Origin: Vampirovibrionales bacterium
Lineage (GTDB): Bacteria; Cyanobacteriota; Vampirovibrionia; Vampirovibrionales; JAJTHC01
DNA: 64,000 nucleotides
Assembly (NCBI GenBank): GCA_044358835.1
Contig: JBIKNF010000009.1
Span: 6,174-70,173 of the forward strand
Direction: 5' to 3'
Position 1 is the first letter of the stretch. Every line of letters starts with the position of its first letter. The notes beneath the pieces were generated by a model, which saw only the letters and a list, made by a program, of their open reading frames with translations, was not told the DNA's origin and ran no database searches. The position numbers and the translations under genes are program-made. Below are positions 18,103 through 29,154 of this stretch, piece by piece.

Positions 18103-18302
18103 GGGGGTGTGTTCCTGTAAGTCAATTTTATTGGTACCTGTAGTTTAACACGGAAATAAACGCATGACGTATTGGGTCCTGACCTTTAGTAGTATAGCGA
18201 ACACTAAAACTTCCACAAAAAAGGGACTCGACGATGATCGCAGAGTCCCTGACCTCCAAAAGGTGATGTTCAAATAAGGGGAGTCGACCCCGTAGTTGCA
18301 TC

Positions 18303-19895
18303 TTAATTTGCGAGGTTGTTAATAATGACGTTTTGTTCTTCAACAGCCGCTGCCACTGAAGAGTTGGCCGCGCTGATGTCTCCGACCATGGTGATGATTT
18401 CTTCAATGGCCTTAGACGCTTGCGTGGTTTTTTCTTGAATAGCCAGCACTTGCGTTTGAATGTTTTGGGTGGCTTCTGCTGATTTTCCAGCCAGTGCCTT
18501 GACTTCGTCCGCCACAACGGCAAAGCCCTTACCCGCATCGCCTGCTCGTGCCGCTTCAATGGTGGCGTTCAAGGCCAATAAGTTGGTTTGACTGGCAATG
18601 CTTTGAATCAAGCTCACAATGCTATTGATTTCTACAGCAGAATGAATCAACGCTTCCATGACTTCTTGAGTATGAAAACCTTGCGAACGCGTATTTTCAG
18701 CCATGTGGGCGGCACGATTCATATTTTCAGCAATTTCACGACTAGCTAAAGCCGCTTCTTGTTGAAGATCCGTTTTCCCAAACTTTTCAAGGGTTTGTTC
18801 TAACAAGAACCGAATGTTTTTCATCGCATTACGACGCTTTTCAGTGTCTAGCAAATAATGCGTGCTAAAAAAGTCAAAGGCGCCTACAATATGCCCTTGC
18901 ACCACAATGGGGAAGACGTTACCTGACTTGACGCCTGCTTGACGAGCCGCTGGTGCTCTGGCGCAGTCATTCACATCCGCCAAATCGGGAATGAATAAGA
19001 CATCATCTGACGCCCAAGCACGTCCGTTGACCCCCACCCCACGACTAAACGTGGTGGAATGCGTGATTTGTGAAAATTGAGGATTGATCGATCCAGATTC
19101 TTTTTCAAAAATCAAGGCATTTTGCGAACCATCATATCGCCAAAAACTGGCGTAATCCCAACCAAAGGCTTCCTTAATTCCATTTAAGGCAGTGGTAATG
19201 ACTTCTTCTTTATTATGAACACCTGCAATGAGGCTAAACAAACGTTGTACGGCATTTAGGCATTCCGCACCGTGCAATTCTTGCAACGAACTTTCAATGC
19301 GTTCAAATACAAATGAAATGGCGGTTGAAAGCGCTTCAATGGTCGCCAAGCGTTGATCGGACACTTCAGCATTTTCTTTTGAAAAGAACTCAATCGTCCC
19401 GATGATACGGTTGTTCACGCGAATTGGGAAAGCAACAGCCCATTGAACCCCAGAACGTTGACACGCATCGCGACGAGAAGATTCGTTAAGTTCATTTAAG
19501 TGGCGAACGTAAATCAATCGTCCGTCCTGCCAAGCACGGCCATTAAGGCCTTGGCCTTTTTCAAAAGTAACATTTTCTGTTACGGTGTCAAATTCACTAC
19601 TTAACTGCCCTGATTTAACACTAAATAACAGCGCATTGCCCTTGTTGTTGACTTCCCAGTAGGCGCCATAGTCCCAACCAAATGTGCTACGAATGGTTTC
19701 TAACAGGCCTTGAACGGCTTTTTTCTTGTCTGCAGTACTTTGTAAATCACCCAAGGTTTGAATCTTTTTTAAGCTACTGACTAAGACATGGTAATTTTCT
19801 TTTTCTTCTTGGTTGTGGTGTGATTGTGAGGTAGACGCTGAGGCGTTTGAGGTATCTTTCACCTCTTTAGTCAACGTACTATTGAAAAAACTCAT
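18303..19895 (-). CDS. Soluble methyl-accepting chemotaxis protein with two GAF domains
   Basis: 530 aa. Two 'GxGxNGRAW' GAF-like modules are followed by the MCP signalling domain '[38 protein letters not shown]'. No TM segments. An AAGGAG RBS is present. Confidence 0.85.
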   Translation of the reverse strand: MSFFNSTLTKEVKDTSNASASTSQSHHNQEEKENYHVLVSSLKKIQTLGDLQSTADKKKAVQGLLETIRSTFGWDYGAYWEVNNKGNALLFSVKSGQLSSEFDTVTENVTFEKGQGLNGRAWQDGRLIYVRHLNELNESSRRDACQRSGVQWAVAFPIRVNNRIIGTIEFFSKENAEVSDQRLATIEALSTAISFVFERIESSLQELHGAECLNAVQRLFSLIAGVHNKEEVITTALNGIKEAFGWDYASFWRYDGSQNALIFEKESGSINPQFSQITHSTTFSRGVGVNGRAWASDDVLFIPDLADVNDCARAPAARQAGVKSGNVFPIVVQGHIVGAFDFFSTHYLLDTEKRRNAMKNIRFLLEQTLEKFGKTDLQQEAALASREIAENMNRAAHMAENTRSQGFHTQEVMEALIHSAVEINSIVSLIQSIASQTNLLALNATIEAARAGDAGKGFAVVADEVKALAGKSAEATQNIQTQVLAIQEKTTQASKAIEEIITMVGDISAANSSVAAAVEEQNVIINNLAN

Positions 19896-20073
19896 GGGCT
19901 TAATAACTCCTTATCTTTAGAAAAAATACAAGTAATCGAAAAACTAAACAAAATATACTTATTCTTAAATATAACGATTTTACGGGCGTTATTTTTTAAA
20001 AAAATCAAAACCTCCTCCGTTTGTTCGTGCTAAAATGGCCTAATTAGCCTAGATATATGAGGATATTGCTTTT

Positions 20074-22530
20074 ATGACTGCTCCCTTAGATGCTGTGTTC
20101 CCCTTGTTGGTGGGAATGAATTCGGCTCAAGCGCAAGCCACTGCTTTTGGAGCAGGCCCCTTACTTGTGCTGGCAGGGGCAGGCAGTGGTAAAACCAAGG
20201 TGCTCACGCATCGTATTGCCCATCTTTTAGAAGGGCAAGGGGAAGGACTTGAGCCCGTGTGGGCAAGCCAAGTGCTTTCAGTCACCTTTACCAATAAAGC
20301 CGCCAAAGAAATGAAGGCCCGACTCGCCACGTTGATTGATCCTGCCATTGTGCAAGATGTTTGGATGGGAACCTTCCACAGTGTGTGTGTGCGTTTGTTA
20401 CGTCGAGATATTGTGCATTACACCGCCCCTTCAGGGGCAAAGTGGAAGACCAACTTTGTGATTTATGACGAAGCCGAAACGCTTGCGGTGATTAAAGATA
20501 TTTTAAAAGCCAAGAATTTGGATGAAAAACTCTACCCCGCACGCGGGATTAAGTATCAAATTTCGGCGGTTAAAAACCAAGGGTTCGATGCCTTTGACCA
20601 TGCCACCAATGCCAAAGACTATAAAGCCGAGCGACTTTCTGAATTATTTACGCTGTACGAACAACAAATGGCGGAAAATAATGCCTTAGACTTTGACGAT
20701 TTATTGTTGTTGACGGTAAAATTGCTTCGCCAGCACCCGGCTTTGCTGGCCAACTATCACCAGCATTTTCGTCATATTTTGGTGGACGAATTTCAAGACA
20801 CCAATGAAGTGCAGTATGATCTCATTCGTATGCTTGCCACAGGGCAAACCAGCCGTAGCCATGAACGGGGACACTGGCATAACCGCAGTTTAACAGTGGT
20901 GGGCGATGTGGATCAATCCATCTATTCATGGCGGGGGGCAAACTTCCGCATTTGCTTAGGCTTTCAAAAAGATTTCAAAGAAGCCCAGCTCATTACGCTA
21001 GAGGACAACTACCGTTCCACCGCTAAAATTTTACAAGCCGCCAATGCCGTCATTGAACGCAATAGCGAACGACTGCCCAAAGAACTGCGAGCGGTGAAAG
21101 GCGATGGTGAAAAAATCTATTGCTATGAAGCGACTGATGATCGAGATGAAGCCCATTTTGTGCTTGAAAAATTGCAAAATTATGCCACACGTTCGAATCA
21201 AACGCTTAATGAATGTGCTATTTTGTACCGCACCAACGTGCAAAGTCGTGTGATTGAAGATTTGCTAATTTCTCGAGGCATTCCCTACACCATGGTCGGC
21301 GGCATTAAGTTTTATGAGCGTCGTGAAGTGAAAGATGTATTGGCTTACCTGACGGTGTTGTTTAACCCCGATGACAGCTACAGTGTGAAACGGGTGTTGA
21401 ATGTGCCTCGTCGAGGCATTGGCGCCAAAACAATCGAATATATCGAAACGCATGCAAAAAACAGAGGGCTTTCGTTCTATAACGCTTTGTTTGAAGTGGA
21501 TCAAATCCCTGAAGTCAAAGGCAAGGCGCGTCAAGGCATTACGGGTTTTGTTACGGTGATGCAACGCATCAGCGAACAGCAGAGCCAAGGCGTGTATATT
21601 GATGAAGTCATGATCACGATTCGTCAACTTTCAGGTTACGACAAAGCCCTTGAAGCAGAAGATCCCAAAGATGAAGAGGGGCGTTTGGCGAACTTGGATG
21701 AATTGATGTCTGTGGCACGCCAATTTCATGCGGATCACCCCGAAGGCGAAACGCAAGAAAAGCTCGGTGAATTTTTGGCGCAACTGGCGTTGATGAGTGA
21801 TTTAGACAGTTTGGGCCAGACGGCTGAAGCAGGTACCGCCCCCCAAGAACGCCTAACGCTGATGACCTTACACGCCGCCAAAGGCTTGGAGTTTCCCATT
21901 GTGGCCATTGTGGGCATGGAAGAAGGTTTGTTCCCGCACAATCGTGCGTTGACGAGTACAGATGAAATGGAAGAAGAGCGTCGTTTAATGTATGTGGGCA
22001 TTACGCGTGCGGAAATGTTTTTAATGTTAAGTTATGCCCGCCGCCGCATGGTGTTTGGTGAATTGAGATACAGCGTGCCCAGTCGTTTTTTAAGCGAAGT
22101 GCCTCGTGAATTGATGAGCGGGAGCTTTAGTTTGGATGCCCAAGCCTCGCCTTATAGCAGTTATGAAGAACGTCGTTATGGTTCAAGCCGTGTGGATGGT
22201 GCGGGCCGTGGTGGGGATGCGAAAGGTGAAAACCGTGGGAACATAGCGTCGTCATCTGCTAATCGTTATGCCCGTCGGGATGAAGGTCGTCTTATGCCCC
22301 CTAGTTTGCCGTCTGCGTCTCGTGCGGAAAAGCCGTCAACGGTGGATCTTTCGCATCTACCGACTTACAAGGTGGGGGATCGTGTGGTGCATGCCAAGTT
22401 TGGGGAAGGCCACATTGCTCAAGTCTTAGGGTCTGGTCAAAAGGTGCTTTACAACGTGGCCTTTGATCGCTTGAGTGGCAAGAAGTTGTTGGATCCTCGC
22501 TACGCCAAGCTCGAACTCAAGCACGACTAG
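20074..22530 (+). CDS. uvrD: ATP-dependent DNA helicase UvrD/PcrA
   Basis: 818 aa. 'LLVLAGAGSGKTKVLTHRIAHLL' is motif I, then 'VDEFQDTN', 'TLMTLHAAKGLEFP', 'YVGITRA' and a C-terminal Tudor-like 'YKVGDRVVHAKFGEGHI'. Confidence 0.9.
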   Translation: MTAPLDAVFPLLVGMNSAQAQATAFGAGPLLVLAGAGSGKTKVLTHRIAHLLEGQGEGLEPVWASQVLSVTFTNKAAKEMKARLATLIDPAIVQDVWMGTFHSVCVRLLRRDIVHYTAPSGAKWKTNFVIYDEAETLAVIKDILKAKNLDEKLYPARGIKYQISAVKNQGFDAFDHATNAKDYKAERLSELFTLYEQQMAENNALDFDDLLLLTVKLLRQHPALLANYHQHFRHILVDEFQDTNEVQYDLIRMLATGQTSRSHERGHWHNRSLTVVGDVDQSIYSWRGANFRICLGFQKDFKEAQLITLEDNYRSTAKILQAANAVIERNSERLPKELRAVKGDGEKIYCYEATDDRDEAHFVLEKLQNYATRSNQTLNECAILYRTNVQSRVIEDLLISRGIPYTMVGGIKFYERREVKDVLAYLTVLFNPDDSYSVKRVLNVPRRGIGAKTIEYIETHAKNRGLSFYNALFEVDQIPEVKGKARQGITGFVTVMQRISEQQSQGVYIDEVMITIRQLSGYDKALEAEDPKDEEGRLANLDELMSVARQFHADHPEGETQEKLGEFLAQLALMSDLDSLGQTAEAGTAPQERLTLMTLHAAKGLEFPIVAIVGMEEGLFPHNRALTSTDEMEEERRLMYVGITRAEMFLMLSYARRRMVFGELRYSVPSRFLSEVPRELMSGSFSLDAQASPYSSYEERRYGSSRVDGAGRGGDAKGENRGNIASSSANRYARRDEGRLMPPSLPSASRAEKPSTVDLSHLPTYKVGDRVVHAKFGEGHIAQVLGSGQKVLYNVAFDRLSGKKLLDPRYAKLELKHD

Positions 22531-22715
22531 TCGTTTTGGACTTAACGCTTTAATTGGCGTGGGGGTGGGGAACGCAAAGAAAACGTCTGCTAGCACAAAA
22601 GTCTGAAAAGATTGTTTTTATATAAATAAGCCTCTTGTTCAGGAGGTGGCCTCGACTTTTTCGAGTATCTTTCCACCTATCCCTACCCTATGTAACCCTA
22701 AAAAAGGACGATTTT

Positions 22716-23618
22716 ATGATATTTAATACGCTTAGTTCCCCGATGGCGGGGCTTAATTTGGGCACGCCTAATCTAAGTGCTTCTAATGCAAGTAGCCCTA
22801 ATCCTGCGCTTAATGCATTAGGCTTAAACACAAATGCCTTGGCTCTTCCAACACCCAACGCAGGCAACTCCCTTTTTAATTTAGGTGCGACTCAGGCAAC
22901 CTCGCCTTCTGTAAGTAGCCTACTGAGTGGATTGTCTGCGAATAACGCCTTGCCTAATAATACAACGGGCAGTATTTTTGCCAATCTCCCAGGGAATGGG
23001 GCGCTTGCCTTTGCGAACCCTTCAACCAATGTATCTGCTAGCACTTTAGCATCACAGGGTGGAAGCAGTTCTTCTTTACTCGCAGGACTCGATCAATTTC
23101 TTGCTTCAATAGGCCCCCAAGTCAATTTCTTTGCACAGAACAGGACAGGCGCCATGGGTTCACCCACCACGGCCATGGGTGCTTTAGCAAACCTTCCAGC
23201 CGTTGCACCTGCTGCACAAACAGCCGTCGCTCCTGTTGCGCAACAATCGGGTGTCGTCATTCCCCCTGACTTGCTTGCACAATTATTAGGGTCACGTGTT
23301 GCGAACAACAATTCTAACACTGAGGACACCTCAGTCACTCAGGCGTTGGAAGCAAAAATAGAAAAGTTGGAAGATCAAATAAAGTTTGCCAACGGGGCGT
23401 CTTCAACGACAATCGCCCAACAGCTTGAAGTACTTAAAACACAATTGGCCCAAATTAAAGCCAATACCGTTCAAGCGAAAACCACACCACCGCAAGCAAC
23501 CCTCCAAGCACGGCTCAAAGAACTAGAAACCCAAATAGCCACTTTGAAAAAAGCACCCATAACCGCCACAACACCTGTGGCCAAGGCCCCTGGAAAAGCA
23601 GGCGTCACAAAAGCTTAA
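22716..23618 (+). CDS. Hypothetical protein: Ser/Ala/Asn/Leu-rich low-complexity N-region plus C-terminal coiled coil
   Basis: Start at the ATG at 22716 with an 'aagga' RBS. The ORF track's 22635 start lacks an RBS. The C-terminus reads 'EAKIEKLEDQIKF...LKELETQIATLKK'. Confidence 0.5.
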   Translation: MIFNTLSSPMAGLNLGTPNLSASNASSPNPALNALGLNTNALALPTPNAGNSLFNLGATQATSPSVSSLLSGLSANNALPNNTTGSIFANLPGNGALAFANPSTNVSASTLASQGGSSSSLLAGLDQFLASIGPQVNFFAQNRTGAMGSPTTAMGALANLPAVAPAAQTAVAPVAQQSGVVIPPDLLAQLLGSRVANNNSNTEDTSVTQALEAKIEKLEDQIKFANGASSTTIAQQLEVLKTQLAQIKANTVQAKTTPPQATLQARLKELETQIATLKKAPITATTPVAKAPGKAGVTKA

Positions 23619-23640
23619 TGTTGAGCTAAGTTAAAGTATG

Positions 23641-23676
23641 ACGTCCCTTCTTGCCCAAGGCAAGGGGGGACGTTTG
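23641..23676 (+). terminator. Terminator-like hairpin after the 22716..23618 gene
   Basis: 'acgtcccttcttgcc caa ggcaaggggggacgt' forms a ~15-bp stem with G·U pairs, followed by 'ttgggt'. Confidence 0.45.
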
Positions 23677-23777
23677 GGTAAAAAGGCTCCCCAAGTCGCG
23701 TATTTGTGCTTTAATAAAAAAGTTGTGAAAGATGCGGTCTTCGCCTGCTGCCAAATACGTTTAAAGGAACTTCCCCC

Positions 23778-24845
23778 ATGCTATTAGATGCGTTGATGAT
23801 TCTTGGTTTGCTTGTTTCCATTGTGTTGGCCTGTAATGTGTTTACCAATGCCATTGAATGGCTGGGTGAAAAGCTCAACCTCAGTGCGGGAGCCGTCGGT
23901 TCCGTGCTTGCCGCGGTGGGAACCGCCCTGCCTGAAACCATTGTGCCGATTGTGGCCATCGTTACGGGGGTGCTTTCTACTGGGCAAAACGGAAGCATGA
24001 CGCTCAAAGCGGGCGAAGACATCGGTTTAGGGGCTATTTTAGGCGCCCCCTTTATGCTGGCGACTTTGGCCATGTTCGTCAGTGGGCTGGCGATTGTGGT
24101 GTATTACTTCATGGGCAAGCGTTCTTTAGAATTGGTGATTGACCGTTCGCAGTTCTTTCGAGACAAAGGCTATTTTTTTGTGGCGTATGGTTTGGCCATT
24201 GCTGCTGCTTTTTTACCGCCTGCGTTACTCCCCTTTAAATGGATCGTGGCCATTGCCTTGGTGGGGCTGTATGCCTTGTATTTAAAGCAAACTCTTTCGG
24301 CTCCTCATACCCCGCAAGACACTCACGATCACAAAGATTCCGAAGGGCACACGCTGGATCCCTTATTTTTTGAGCCCAACGCCGAAGAACCTAGCATGGG
24401 GAGGATTTTGACGCAAACCTTTTTAGGGGTGTTCAGTATTATAGGCTTGGCCCATTTATTTGTGCATGAAATTCAGCACGTTTCTGAAAAGTTGCACCTT
24501 AATGCCATGATTTTAAGTTTGATTATTATTCCCATTGCAACCGAATTGCCTGAAAAGTTCAACAGCGTTATGTGGTTGGGCAATAATAAAGACACCCTGG
24601 CCATTGGCAACCTAACGGGAGCCATGGTCTTTCAAAGCTGTATTCCTGTAGCAGTAGGCGTGGCCTTTACGCCGTGGGTATTTAACCCAGAAGCCAAATT
24701 AAGTATTTTATTGTGCTTGCTTTCTTCTGCGGTGGTGACGGCCTTGTTGTTTCGTTTGGGTAAGCAGGGTTCACCCTTTGTGTTAATGTTGGGTGGAATC
24801 GCTTACGGTATTTTTGTGTGGCAGGTAGTCGCCCCCTTGTTTTAA
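23778..24845 (+). CDS. CaCA-family cation/Ca2+ antiporter (Na_Ca_ex repeats)
   Basis: 355 aa. Two alpha-repeat signatures: '...GTALPETIVPIVAI' and 'IATELPEKFNSV...GNLTGAMVFQ'. Polytopic. Confidence 0.7.
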   Translation: MLLDALMILGLLVSIVLACNVFTNAIEWLGEKLNLSAGAVGSVLAAVGTALPETIVPIVAIVTGVLSTGQNGSMTLKAGEDIGLGAILGAPFMLATLAMFVSGLAIVVYYFMGKRSLELVIDRSQFFRDKGYFFVAYGLAIAAAFLPPALLPFKWIVAIALVGLYALYLKQTLSAPHTPQDTHDHKDSEGHTLDPLFFEPNAEEPSMGRILTQTFLGVFSIIGLAHLFVHEIQHVSEKLHLNAMILSLIIIPIATELPEKFNSVMWLGNNKDTLAIGNLTGAMVFQSCIPVAVGVAFTPWVFNPEAKLSILLCLLSSAVVTALLFRLGKQGSPFVLMLGGIAYGIFVWQVVAPLF

Positions 24846-24892
24846 ACCAGCGGGTGTCTTAGCGTTTCGTTTTGATGTATCGTTTTTTCTAT

Positions 24893-27631
24893 TTATTCGT
24901 AGCGTAAGGTAGAGGTAGACACCTGCTGACGTAAAAACCACATCGGTACAAGACTCGCAAAAACCCCCGCCCCGAGTACCCATAGAATGTTAGTCCCTAA
25001 AAACGCCCACGGTGTTTGCATCGGAACGCTCCAGCCGAAGGATTGTGCGTTTAATACATAAATCAAGACGCTTGCCAGCATCATGCCAAACACAAAGGCC
25101 ATGCCATACCCCAGCAGGGAAAGTAAAACCCCTTGGTTCATCACTAAACGCAAGCGCAAGGCTTGGTTCATGCCCAAGTAATCCAGCGTGGCGTAAATAC
25201 GTTTTCCATCTAAAATTAAGGCCGTTAGCGCATGTAACACCGTTAAAATGGAAATTAACAGAGCCACCCCTTGCATTAAATAGGTAATGGCAAATGTTTT
25301 GTCAAAAATGCCTAACACTTCTTCGCGTAAGGCTTTATTAGAACGCATCGCCAAAATAATACCTGGGGGGACTTTTTTTTCAAGGCGTTGAATCACACGT
25401 TCAGGGTCTTCATTGGGTTTTAAATAAAGCGCTAAGCTTGTTGAAGCGTCTGCTTGCGTGCCCCCAAAGGCTTGGTAGACGCCTCGATGAATAATGGCAT
25501 AACCTAAACTCGACGCATAATCATAATACACCCCTTGTACCTTCAAATGCAGGGGCCCTTTGGGCATGTTAAGCGTAAAGGTATCGCCTTTTTTTAGCTG
25601 ATGTTTGGTGGAAAAGGGTTCACTAATAATGGTGGGAAATGGCTCTTTTCTGTGCACGTTAAGCGGACGACTTTCCCGCCACGTTTGTTGAAGCACTTCT
25701 GAAGAGGCTTGGCCATGGGTGAAGGTTAAGGTCGCATAACGCGCAAAGGTGTCAAGGTTTGCAGCACCCAAGTAAAAGGGTTGGCCTTGGTAGGTAAAGG
25801 CCTGTTCTAAGAAGGGGTCTCCCGCTTCAATGGCGGGATCTTGACGAAGGGCTTGCACCGTGTGGAAAGAAAGCAACCCGACACTGCGATTACTGGTGGC
25901 ACTTTGGGGCTGAATAAAAATATCGGCCCGCAAGCTTTGATGAATCCAGTCTTCCACACTATGACGAAAGCTCCCAATTAGCGTGGTAAGGCTAATACTT
26001 AAGGCCAGCGCCACCAAAAGGCTGGCCACCGCAACGGCGGATCGGTGCATGCCCCCTTGCAATAGAGAAATACCCAACCTTGCCCAAATCGGCAGGTGAA
26101 TGCTGGAAGACAACTGTTGCAGTGCCCATAACACGTAGCTTAATAAAATCGGGGTCAGTAAGGTTCCCCCCGCCAAAATGCAAAACGCGGCGAGGTATCC
26201 CCCCAGTGGTAAGTGATACAAAGGCGGTAATAACGAAAAGCCCAAGGCCAGAATCAGTAAAAGGACGCCTATTTTAGCTAGCTTGTTTCGTCTCCCTGCC
26301 TGATTGGCCGATTCGCTCAGCGGGCGAATGCAATCGACGGGCTGAATTTGCAAAGCTTCTTGCACAGGGAAATACGCCCCAATAAACGAGGTAAATAACC
26401 CCACAAATAAACATACCCAAGGCAACCAGTCCGGCGGGGTAAAGGTGGCGGTGGCTTGGCCCGTGTACACATTTTGAAGGGTTTGAGACACCGCTTGGCC
26501 CACCAGGGGCAACACTTGACTGCCCAATAAAAGCCCGATTAGACTACCCACGCCCCCCAAGCATAAGGCTTCTAGCTGAATAAAAATAGACAACGTCTTA
26601 GCACTTAAGCCGAGCAAACGATAGGTCCCTATTTCCTGCCGACGCTGCAAAACGGCCATGCTCAAGGTGTTGTAAATCAGAAACGCCGCCACAATCAAGG
26701 TAATAAAGCTTAATGCCATCAAATTAACTTGATAGGCTTTGACCATTTCCCCCAAGTTGGCACTGCGTTCTTGAGGCGTACGAATGTTGAGATCGTTTGG
26801 AATGACGGCTTCTAGGGACGATTTCAAGCGGTTTTGTTCGTCGTTTTTCAAGGTGCTAAAATCCAGCTCAATTCGACTGAGCAAGCCTGTGGTATGACTG
26901 AGATCTTGTAGGACGCTAATATCGCTAAAGCCTACATTTCGTAGGGCTTGGTTGCGTCCGGATACCTTAAAGATCCCGATCACCTTTAGCGTAACGATGC
27001 GTTCTTGCAACAGTACGGGAAAGCCACTACCCCGATGCAACGCATACTGTTGCGCCAAGGCATCTGAAATCGCGATACTGCCTTCTTGCAACGGGCTATT
27101 GAGCCCTGTAAAAATAGGCTCTTCTACCCAGTCAATTTCACGATGAGAAGCATCATTAAAGGTATCTACCCCCAGCATGTTTAAGACTTGCCCTGTAGAA
27201 GCCAGCACCCCCTTTTCGTTTCGTCTCAGTAGCAACGCCGGAAGTTCTAAGACAGGGTGAACTTGCGTGTAATGGGTTTGGGGGGCCTTTTCAAGCGTGT
27301 CGTAAATTGGCCGCAACACCTCTTCTTTCATCAAGGGGGCGTTTTCGCTTTTGACTTCAAAGGTGGTGGTTCCCGCAATTTTATTCACCCCTTGTTTAAA
27401 TTGTTCAAACGCCGAAAAAGTCGCGGCATTCATACTAAATAATACGGCAACGCCTAAGGCAATGCCTAAAACGGCCAGTCCGCCTTTCCATATACTTTTT
27501 TTATAGTAATGCCATGAAAAGAGACCCAGCAAGCGGAAGAAGCTCGTCACGCCCAAGCCTAGCATGCGAAAGGAAATGGGACGCTTGGTCGTTTTTTTGG
27601 GGGGGACACGTGATGAAAACGCTTCACTCAT
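24893..27631 (-). CDS. ABC transporter permease with duplicated FtsX domains (YbbP/MacB-like)
   Basis: 912 aa. Two blocks of 4 TM helices, each preceded by a large extracytoplasmic domain. Its start overlaps the ATPase gene's stop by 4 nt. Confidence 0.85.
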   Translation of the reverse strand: MSEAFSSRVPPKKTTKRPISFRMLGLGVTSFFRLLGLFSWHYYKKSIWKGGLAVLGIALGVAVLFSMNAATFSAFEQFKQGVNKIAGTTTFEVKSENAPLMKEEVLRPIYDTLEKAPQTHYTQVHPVLELPALLLRRNEKGVLASTGQVLNMLGVDTFNDASHREIDWVEEPIFTGLNSPLQEGSIAISDALAQQYALHRGSGFPVLLQERIVTLKVIGIFKVSGRNQALRNVGFSDISVLQDLSHTTGLLSRIELDFSTLKNDEQNRLKSSLEAVIPNDLNIRTPQERSANLGEMVKAYQVNLMALSFITLIVAAFLIYNTLSMAVLQRRQEIGTYRLLGLSAKTLSIFIQLEALCLGGVGSLIGLLLGSQVLPLVGQAVSQTLQNVYTGQATATFTPPDWLPWVCLFVGLFTSFIGAYFPVQEALQIQPVDCIRPLSESANQAGRRNKLAKIGVLLLILALGFSLLPPLYHLPLGGYLAAFCILAGGTLLTPILLSYVLWALQQLSSSIHLPIWARLGISLLQGGMHRSAVAVASLLVALALSISLTTLIGSFRHSVEDWIHQSLRADIFIQPQSATSNRSVGLLSFHTVQALRQDPAIEAGDPFLEQAFTYQGQPFYLGAANLDTFARYATLTFTHGQASSEVLQQTWRESRPLNVHRKEPFPTIISEPFSTKHQLKKGDTFTLNMPKGPLHLKVQGVYYDYASSLGYAIIHRGVYQAFGGTQADASTSLALYLKPNEDPERVIQRLEKKVPPGIILAMRSNKALREEVLGIFDKTFAITYLMQGVALLISILTVLHALTALILDGKRIYATLDYLGMNQALRLRLVMNQGVLLSLLGYGMAFVFGMMLASVLIYVLNAQSFGWSVPMQTPWAFLGTNILWVLGAGVFASLVPMWFLRQQVSTSTLRYE

Positions 27632-28350
27632 TGCACGGGAACCTTTGCTTCAAGTGGACGTAACACAAGATCTTCAACAATTGCGCCGTCTTTCATGCGA
27701 ATGATGCGATCCGCTAGGCGAGCCGCGTCTTCGCTGTGGGTCACCATGACCACGGTGGCCCCCAATTCACGGCATCTTTGCATGAGCACGCCCAAGACTT
27801 GCGCGCCGTTTTGACTGTCGAGGTTGCCAGTGGGTTCATCTGCCAGAATGAGGGGGGGGTGATGTACGGTGGCTCTGGCAATGGCGACGCGTTGCATTTG
27901 CCCACCTGAAAGTTGTGAGGGAAATTGTGACGCCAAGGCTTCAATCCCGACGCTTTTGAGGGCATTCATGACCCGTTCTTTGGCTTGTTTGGGGGGAATG
28001 CCGTTTAAATCCAGCGGAAGTTGAACATTTTCAGCCACCGAGAGCGTGGGTAATAAATTAAAAAATTGAAACACATAACCCACCGTTTTTCTGCGGAACG
28101 CTGCCTTTTCAGCTTCGCTTAAAAAAGCCAAGGCGTGGCCTTCCACCAGAACTTCGCCTGTTGTTGGGGTATCCATCGCGCCGATGAGGTTGAGTAGCGT
28201 TGATTTACCGCACCCACTAGATCCCATAATGGCGACAAACTGCCCTTGTGGAATATGCAAACTAAGATCATTTAAAACCAGCGGGCTTTTCGGATCGTAT
28301 TGTTTCGACAGGTGCAAAAGATCAATGGCGTTCATGGGCGGGTCTTTCAT
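27628..28350 (-). CDS. ABC transporter ATP-binding protein (LolD/MacB-type)
   Basis: Walker A 'GSSGCGKSTL', signature 'LSGGQMQRVAIARA', Walker B 'ILADEPTGNLD'. Confidence 0.9.
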   Translation of the reverse strand: MKDPPMNAIDLLHLSKQYDPKSPLVLNDLSLHIPQGQFVAIMGSSGCGKSTLLNLIGAMDTPTTGEVLVEGHALAFLSEAEKAAFRRKTVGYVFQFFNLLPTLSVAENVQLPLDLNGIPPKQAKERVMNALKSVGIEALASQFPSQLSGGQMQRVAIARATVHHPPLILADEPTGNLDSQNGAQVLGVLMQRCRELGATVVMVTHSEDAARLADRIIRMKDGAIVEDLVLRPLEAKVPVQ

Positions 28351-28461
28351 TTTGTGGGGGGTGCATATCCTTTAGTATACATCAAAAGCCACCTTATAGC
28401 TTTGTCAATGTATATGTTAGAATAGAGAAAATACGACACACTTTTTTAAAGAAAGATCCCC

Positions 28462-29154
28462 ATGTTCAAACGTCTAAGCCTGCTTCTTTTCATGTTTTTC
28501 TGTACGACGCTTGCCCCTGCCTTCGCCGCCCCCGTGACGCCCAAGCTCGATACGCAAGCATCAGGCTTTGTGTATGATGCCCTCGCCCCCATGCGGTATG
28601 ACGAACTCAAGCAAAACTGGTTTTATCAGCACCCTAACAGCACGCCTACGCCTGAAGACCTTGAAAGGCTAGCGTCTCAAGCCTTTTACTTGCAAGCCAC
28701 CGAAACGCCTGTGTGGAAGCCGATTGTGCATTGGCGAATGGTGGGTGGATCGCATCCGTGGGGGGTGGTGCCTCGTGTGCAGGTGGTTAATCCGAAGGGG
28801 AGTCCTGCCGTGCTGGAATCCAAGCTCAAGGTGCAGATTTTCGCCGATTATGGCGTGTGGTACCCTGAAGTCAAAGGAGCCATTACCCACGTCAAACGCC
28901 TGATGCTCAATAATCAACGACAGAGCTTGACGGCTTATGAGCGTCCCCTAGAAGCCCTCGCCACAGGAGACCGAATGCTGGTGAGCTTGCCTCCGCTGGC
29001 GTTGATGCCGTTGCTAAAACCCTACCCCGATCGTTTCCCCAATCGAGTGATTGTGCAACTCCAACTCTTTCAACACAACACGCTGGTGGATGCTCAAAAC
29101 CTTACGTTAAAATTGTATGCCGATCTCTTTGCCCTGCCGATTTACTTGTATTAG
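28462..29154 (+). CDS. Hypothetical secreted protein
   Basis: 230 aa. Signal peptide 'MFKRLSLLLFMFFCTTLAPAFAAP'. No family recognised. Confidence 0.5.
   Translation: MFKRLSLLLFMFFCTTLAPAFAAPVTPKLDTQASGFVYDALAPMRYDELKQNWFYQHPNSTPTPEDLERLASQAFYLQATETPVWKPIVHWRMVGGSHPWGVVPRVQVVNPKGSPAVLESKLKVQIFADYGVWYPEVKGAITHVKRLMLNNQRQSLTAYERPLEALATGDRMLVSLPPLALMPLLKPYPDRFPNRVIVQLQLFQHNTLVDAQNLTLKLYADLFALPIYLY

Noticed and set aside
18128-18559. 143-aa ORF on the minus strand overlapping the 3' end of the MCP gene
   Set aside because: It lies in an alternative frame of a well-supported gene. It has Arg/Lys-rich random-looking sequence and no RBS, so it is a likely spurious ORF.
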